From contig MQUF01000006.1 in the NCBI GenBank assembly GCA_001914235.1, positions 203,234-267,233 of the forward strand: 64,000 nt of DNA, in the 5' to 3' direction. Positions 60,451 to 64,000 of this stretch are shown here, one piece after another. Both the position numbers and the translations under genes were made by a program. Under the pieces are notes generated by a model. The model searched no databases, was not told the DNA's origin, and worked only from the letters and a program-made list of their open reading frames with translations. Source of the stretch: Desulfobulbaceae bacterium DB1. GTDB taxonomy: Bacteria > Desulfobacterota > Desulfobulbia > Desulfobulbales > SURF-16. Numbering within the stretch: position 1 is the stretch's first letter; each line of letters opens with the position of its first letter.

Positions 60451-61392
60451 TCAACCAGTCACTCCCATCGGTCCAAAAACAAAATCGTTGAGCAATCTTT
60501 CCAGCCTCTGCCTGGTTTTGTGCAGGTTGTTGTAATGCCGGAATTTCGACAATTTCCCGGCATGGTTGAAGCGGGGCTGGCTCGGATCGATTTCCCAGGG
60601 ATGGAGATAAAAAACAAAGGGCTTGCGCTCGTCGCTATTAATTTTTTTCAGGGCCATTTTCGTAAACCAGTAAGGGAACAGGCGGAAATAGCCGCCGCCG
60701 GCCACAGGAATTTTTCTTCCCAGGAAAAGCGACGTGGAAATAGGATATTCCATCATGTCATGGTTTGGCAATTTATATTCGAAACGGGGGGCGTCCGGAA
60801 TACCGTAGTTGTCATGATAAATGGGAAAGATGCTTGAATCGTATTTGAAGCCGAGTTCCTCCAGAATATCCAAGGCCCAAAGCGATTTTTTTGTTATCGA
60901 ATAACTGGGGGCGCGGTAGCCGACGACCGCCTTGCCTGTTATTTCTTCAAGAATATCCTTGGCCCGCCGGGTGTCTTCCCTGAATTCAGCGGGCGAAAGA
61001 TCATAAATTTTTCTGTGCAGATAGCTGTGGCAGCCTATTTCGTGCCCATGCCGGACAATTTCTTTTACCAGCGCCGGACAGCGTTCGGCAATCCAGCCGA
61101 CAATAAAAAATGTGGCTTTGACATTATGGGCAGCCAGCAGATTTAAAATATTCCCGGTGTTGTTTTCCACCCGCAAATCGCACCCTCCCCATTCTCGGGG
61201 AGAAATTACTTTTTCGAATGCCGCAACCTGAAAATAGTCTTCAACATCAATGGTGAGGTAGTTGGTTGGCTGGTTCAATTTGTTGTTTGGTCTAATTGGT
61301 CTGATTGGTCGGGTTGGTTGGATTGGTTTTCTCCGCATTCCGAAATCCCAAATCCCAAATCCGCTATTGCATGACATCGAACATAACCACAC
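60451..61392 (-). CDS. XrtA-system polysaccharide deacetylase (DUF3473 type)
   Basis: YLTIDVEDYFQVAAFEKVI, NLLAAHNVKATFFIVGWIAERCPALVKEIVRHGHEIGCHSYLHRKIYDLSPAEFREDTRRAKDILEEITGKAVVGYRAPSYSITKKSLWAL. True start is probably inside or after the GGTCTGATT repeats. Confidence 0.92.
   Translation of the reverse strand: MWLCSMSCNSGFGIWDFGMRRKPIQPTRPIRPIRPNNKLNQPTNYLTIDVEDYFQVAAFEKVISPREWGGCDLRVENNTGNILNLLAAHNVKATFFIVGWIAERCPALVKEIVRHGHEIGCHSYLHRKIYDLSPAEFREDTRRAKDILEEITGKAVVGYRAPSYSITKKSLWALDILEELGFKYDSSIFPIYHDNYGIPDAPRFEYKLPNHDMMEYPISTSLFLGRKIPVAGGGYFRLFPYWFTKMALKKINSDERKPFVFYLHPWEIDPSQPRFNHAGKLSKFRHYNNLHKTRQRLERLLNDFVFGPMGVTG
61267..61336. repeat. Short degenerate 9-bp array related to the dnaE-proximal array
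   Basis: ...ggtctaatt ggtctgatt ggtcgggtt ggttggattggtt. Confidence 0.7.
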
Positions 61393-61425
61393 CCTGCGGT
61401 CTCCGATGCCGTATTTGCCTCTTTC

Positions 61426-61769
61426 TCACAAAAACATGCGATAATCAGCACGAAGAGCATCTGCCAGTCTTTTGGCCACCTCTTTGCCGATGGGACGCTT
61501 CCCGTTTTCCATCTCCGAAATATGCCGTTGGGGGATACCTGTCAATTCCGATAATTGCCGTTGTGTAAGGTTTTCCCGGTGTCGATAACCACGCAGCGCA
61601 ATCTGCTGCTCTTTTCCCGCATACTCTGGGAATACTTCGGCGATGGTATAGGTACGCTCTTCCGCCTCGTCGATCGCCTTAGCATACTCTCTCACCTTTG
61701 CCGCATTACTGCGATGAACCCGCACACGAATCGTCACATAGTCTTTATCAATATGGTGCTTTCTCATGG
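61426..61769 (-). CDS. HTH (XRE-like) antitoxin, HigA-like
   Basis: MRKHHIDKDYVTIRVRVHRSNAAKV...RGYRHRENLTQRQLSELTGIPQRHISEMENGKRPIGKEVAKRLADALRADYRMFL. Confidence 0.85.
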
Positions 61770-61966
61770 GTTCCGGCATAAACCACCTCCACCAAACAAA
61801 TTTCCCCTTTGCATTCCCGCCATACGGCCACATCATAGGTTGGTTTCCCCTTCTTCAAATGGCAATGATGCTCCGAGTTGGACAATTTGGAGTAATTCGG
61901 CCAGTCTCCGCGTATTGGCCCTCTTGCCTCGATATCACGAACCAACTGAAACAGGATTTCGCGCAC
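61748..61966 (-). CDS. HigB/RelE-like toxin, possibly 5'-extended
   Basis: LVRDIEARGPIRGDWPNYSKLSNSEHHCHLKKGKPTYDVAVWRECKGEICLVEVVYAGTHEKAPY, overlapping the antitoxin start. Confidence 0.8.
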   Translation of the reverse strand: MREILFQLVRDIEARGPIRGDWPNYSKLSNSEHHCHLKKGKPTYDVAVWRECKGEICLVEVVYAGTHEKAPY

Positions 61967-62047
61967 CTTGACGGGCAGCTTCTCCTTCTGCTTCCGCGCC
62001 CTTCAGGTGAATTCTACTACCCACTTCACAATATATACCAATTATTA

Positions 62048-62090
62048 GATTTCTGTTGGGTTGCGCTGCGCTTAACCCAACCTACAAACT
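62048..62090. repeat. REP-like palindrome copy 1
   Basis: gatttctgttgggttgcgctgcgcttaacccaacctacaaact. Confidence 0.9.
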
Positions 62091-62206
62091 TGCCTTGACG
62101 ATGCGGAAGGTCTCTTCGTAGATGGTTTTGCGCGGGCCGAGGGCCACCCCCTCGATGATTCCCTTAGCGGAAATGCGGTAAACAATCCGCATGTTCTTGA
62201 CCCGCA
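62091..62206 (-). pseudogene. RelE/ParE-like toxin 3' fragment
   Basis: Minus strand reads RVKNMRIVYRISAKGIIEGVALGPRKTIYEETFRIVKASL*, with the stop formed by the adjacent palindrome. No intact 5' part. Confidence 0.6.
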
Positions 62207-62249
62207 GATTTCTGTTGGGTTGCGCTGCGCTTAACCCAACCTACAAACT
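62207..62249. repeat. REP-like palindrome copy 2
   Basis: Same 43-nt sequence as copy 1. Confidence 0.9.
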
Positions 62250-62308
62250 CTCCACCGCATGAATAAGCGCTTAATTCTTTCTTCCAGCTTATACGGGCAT
62301 TTCTTCGT

Positions 62309-63781
62309 TTACTGCCGATCCCGCACCAGCTTCCAGGCATCAAACTCGGACAACTTCAGCCGATACATGGCCACATTGCCCTCATGCAAGCGCTGCAAGG
62401 CATCCTGCACCATCTTGGCAAACATGGCGGAGTCACTGCCCGGCACCAACTGATCGGCCAGTTGGTGAACATTCTGAGCGGAAGGCTCCTTACTTTCTCG
62501 AACAATAGACTGCACGGCATCGATCAAGGTCTCCCGGTAGCGGATGCGTAAAGGATCAGGCTCAGCCATGGTCTGGGTGATGGCGAGATAGCGCTGACAG
62601 GAACGCTCATAAGCCCAAACAAAGACATCGCGCAACAGGTCAACCTGGTTGAGCTCATAGACGCCTAAAGTGCCGTCCACATATGCCTGTTCCGGCACAT
62701 CGACGAAAGACAGCGGACAGAGGTTGTGGCGAAAGAGCGGAATGTTGGCCCCCAAGCGGGAGACCCGCTTGTTGACATCCTCGAATGGCTGGAGATACGG
62801 CAACTGGACCATCACGAAAAAGGCTTGCTCAAAGGGGTCGGGGATGGCAGCACCCTTCGCGAGCAGCAAACGGAAGCAGTCCTCCAGAACTTGGGGCATG
62901 GCCAACGGGTGGAAGACCGAGCCCGCGATGTCTACCGGCCGGCGACGTAAGCGCCCGCAGGCGTCTTCATCGTGGAGCAGGTTTTCCGACAACAGGGCGT
63001 GCAGGTTGAGGAAGGTGAAGGGATTGAACCCAACCTGATCGACCTCTTCGATAAGCATTTCGATGGCTGCCTTGTGATTCAGGATCATCTGGGTTTCCTG
63101 AATATCCTTGCCTGCCGCCGCCTGTCCAAACTCGATCAGATTTTTGGTATCGAGACGGCTGTAAGTGTTGCCCTCCAACCTGGACGAGGCCCAGGAGAGA
63201 TCAACCAGTAAACGATTCAGGAGTTCCCGGGCATAGGTTCCTGCCGGCCGTTGGTCAGGCGAGGTACTGCCCATGGCATGGAGGTCGGCCCGCAGTGACT
63301 CGGGGAGATAGAAGGTAACGCCTGGCTCGTAGTCCTCAAGGAACGTCCGCTGATACCCGACAGGCTGCCGTTGCATCAGGGGACGCCGGATGAGATCGCA
63401 AATGATGCCGCCTTCTCGCGAAACCGGGATATATGGTTCAGTCTCGACACGACCTGCCCCTTTTGCCGTGCGGTCTCGTCTGCCGCGCAATTCGTTTGGG
63501 GCGCGCTTGTAAACCAGAGCGATGCTTTCGCCTTCGGTCGTGATGCGTGCATCCACCATGAGGCGTTCCAGGCGGCGCTGCAAGGTACGACGGTTGAGCA
63601 TTTTCGGCAGGCGGCGGTGGAGGGCCTCTTCCAGGGCTGAGATGCCGATACCCTCGGGATGCTCTGAAATTACCCGTTCGATCAGCTCTAATTCTTCAGC
63701 AGGCACACTACGCGACATGAAAGTTCCCCTTGATGGCTTCGTTGCATGGTTTCCCCCGGCCGGCAACGGCAGGAACGACAC
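62309..63781 (-). CDS. Fic-family protein with N-terminal winged-helix-like region and degenerate Fic motif
   Basis: SWASSRLEGNTYSRLDTKNLIEFG, LNHKAAIEMLIE, FTFLNLHALLSENLL, LPYLQPFEDVNKRVSRLGANIPL. Confidence 0.85.
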   Translation of the reverse strand: MSFLPLPAGGNHATKPSRGTFMSRSVPAEELELIERVISEHPEGIGISALEEALHRRLPKMLNRRTLQRRLERLMVDARITTEGESIALVYKRAPNELRGRRDRTAKGAGRVETEPYIPVSREGGIICDLIRRPLMQRQPVGYQRTFLEDYEPGVTFYLPESLRADLHAMGSTSPDQRPAGTYARELLNRLLVDLSWASSRLEGNTYSRLDTKNLIEFGQAAAGKDIQETQMILNHKAAIEMLIEEVDQVGFNPFTFLNLHALLSENLLHDEDACGRLRRRPVDIAGSVFHPLAMPQVLEDCFRLLLAKGAAIPDPFEQAFFVMVQLPYLQPFEDVNKRVSRLGANIPLFRHNLCPLSFVDVPEQAYVDGTLGVYELNQVDLLRDVFVWAYERSCQRYLAITQTMAEPDPLRIRYRETLIDAVQSIVRESKEPSAQNVHQLADQLVPGSDSAMFAKMVQDALQRLHEGNVAMYRLKLSEFDAWKLVRDRQ

Positions 63782-63853
63782 AAAAGAGTGACATCATAAT
63801 GGCATACGTTAATGTCGCGCGTCAACAATAATTTGAATAACCATATCGCTCAA

Positions 63854-63896
63854 GATTTCTGTTGGGTTGCGCTGCGCTTAACCCAACCTGCAAACT
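63854..63896. repeat. REP-like palindrome copy 3
   Basis: gatttctgttgggttgcgctgcgcttaacccaacctgcaaact, one difference from copy 1. Confidence 0.9.
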
Positions 63897-63989
63897 CTTC
63901 ACAGATGGTTTTGCGCAGGCCGGGAGCCACCACCTCGATGATTCCCTTGGCGGAAATGCGGTAAACAATCCGCATGTTCTTGACCCGCA
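63897..63989 (-). pseudogene. Second copy of RelE/ParE-like toxin fragment
   Basis: VKNMRIVYRISAKGIIEVVAPGLRKTICEE, then runs into palindrome sequence. Confidence 0.55.
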
Positions 63990-64000
63990 GATTTCTGTTG
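63990..64000. repeat. REP-like palindrome copy 4, cut by window edge
   Basis: gatttctgttg at the window end, preceded by the same fragment context as copy 2. Confidence 0.7.

Overview
This 64 kb window looks like a Desulfobacterota/Deltaproteobacteria-type chromosome (inferred from gene content and protein style, not searched). The left two thirds is mostly core: glutamate racemase, LolA, a B12-binding radical SAM protein next to cobU/cobD, an S1-domain protein, a response regulator, rlmB, gmk, remA-like and yicC genes, rfaE1, two chemotaxis receptors, rhodanese proteins, xdhC-like, dnaE and rfbDCAB. From about 34.6 to 61.4 kb there is a large LPS core / polysaccharide region: waaG-like, waaP-like, msbA, O-antigen ligase, many glycosyltransferases, kdsB, and an exosortase/EpsI/DUF3473-deacetylase locus. 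It is interrupted by IS1380, IS3 and decayed IS3-like elements. The right end carries a HigB/HigA-like toxin-antitoxin pair, a Fic-like protein and REP-like palindromes linked to duplicated toxin fragments. The strongest hidden signal is at 17985..19307. The ORF track splits this into two ORFs at a TGA (18561-18563), but it reads best as one three-domain rhodanese lipoprotein with selenocysteine. The TGA aligns with a Cys in the neighbouring paralog and is followed by a SECIS-like hairpin with a GGUCU apical loop. Other leads are an unassigned structured intergenic element (9177-9342), a radical SAM protein with non-canonical CX4CX2C spacing, a 19-unit 9-bp tandem array at the 5' end of dnaE, and a dispersed repeat shared by two distant intergenic sites. 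I did not find a clear multi-gene defence system.
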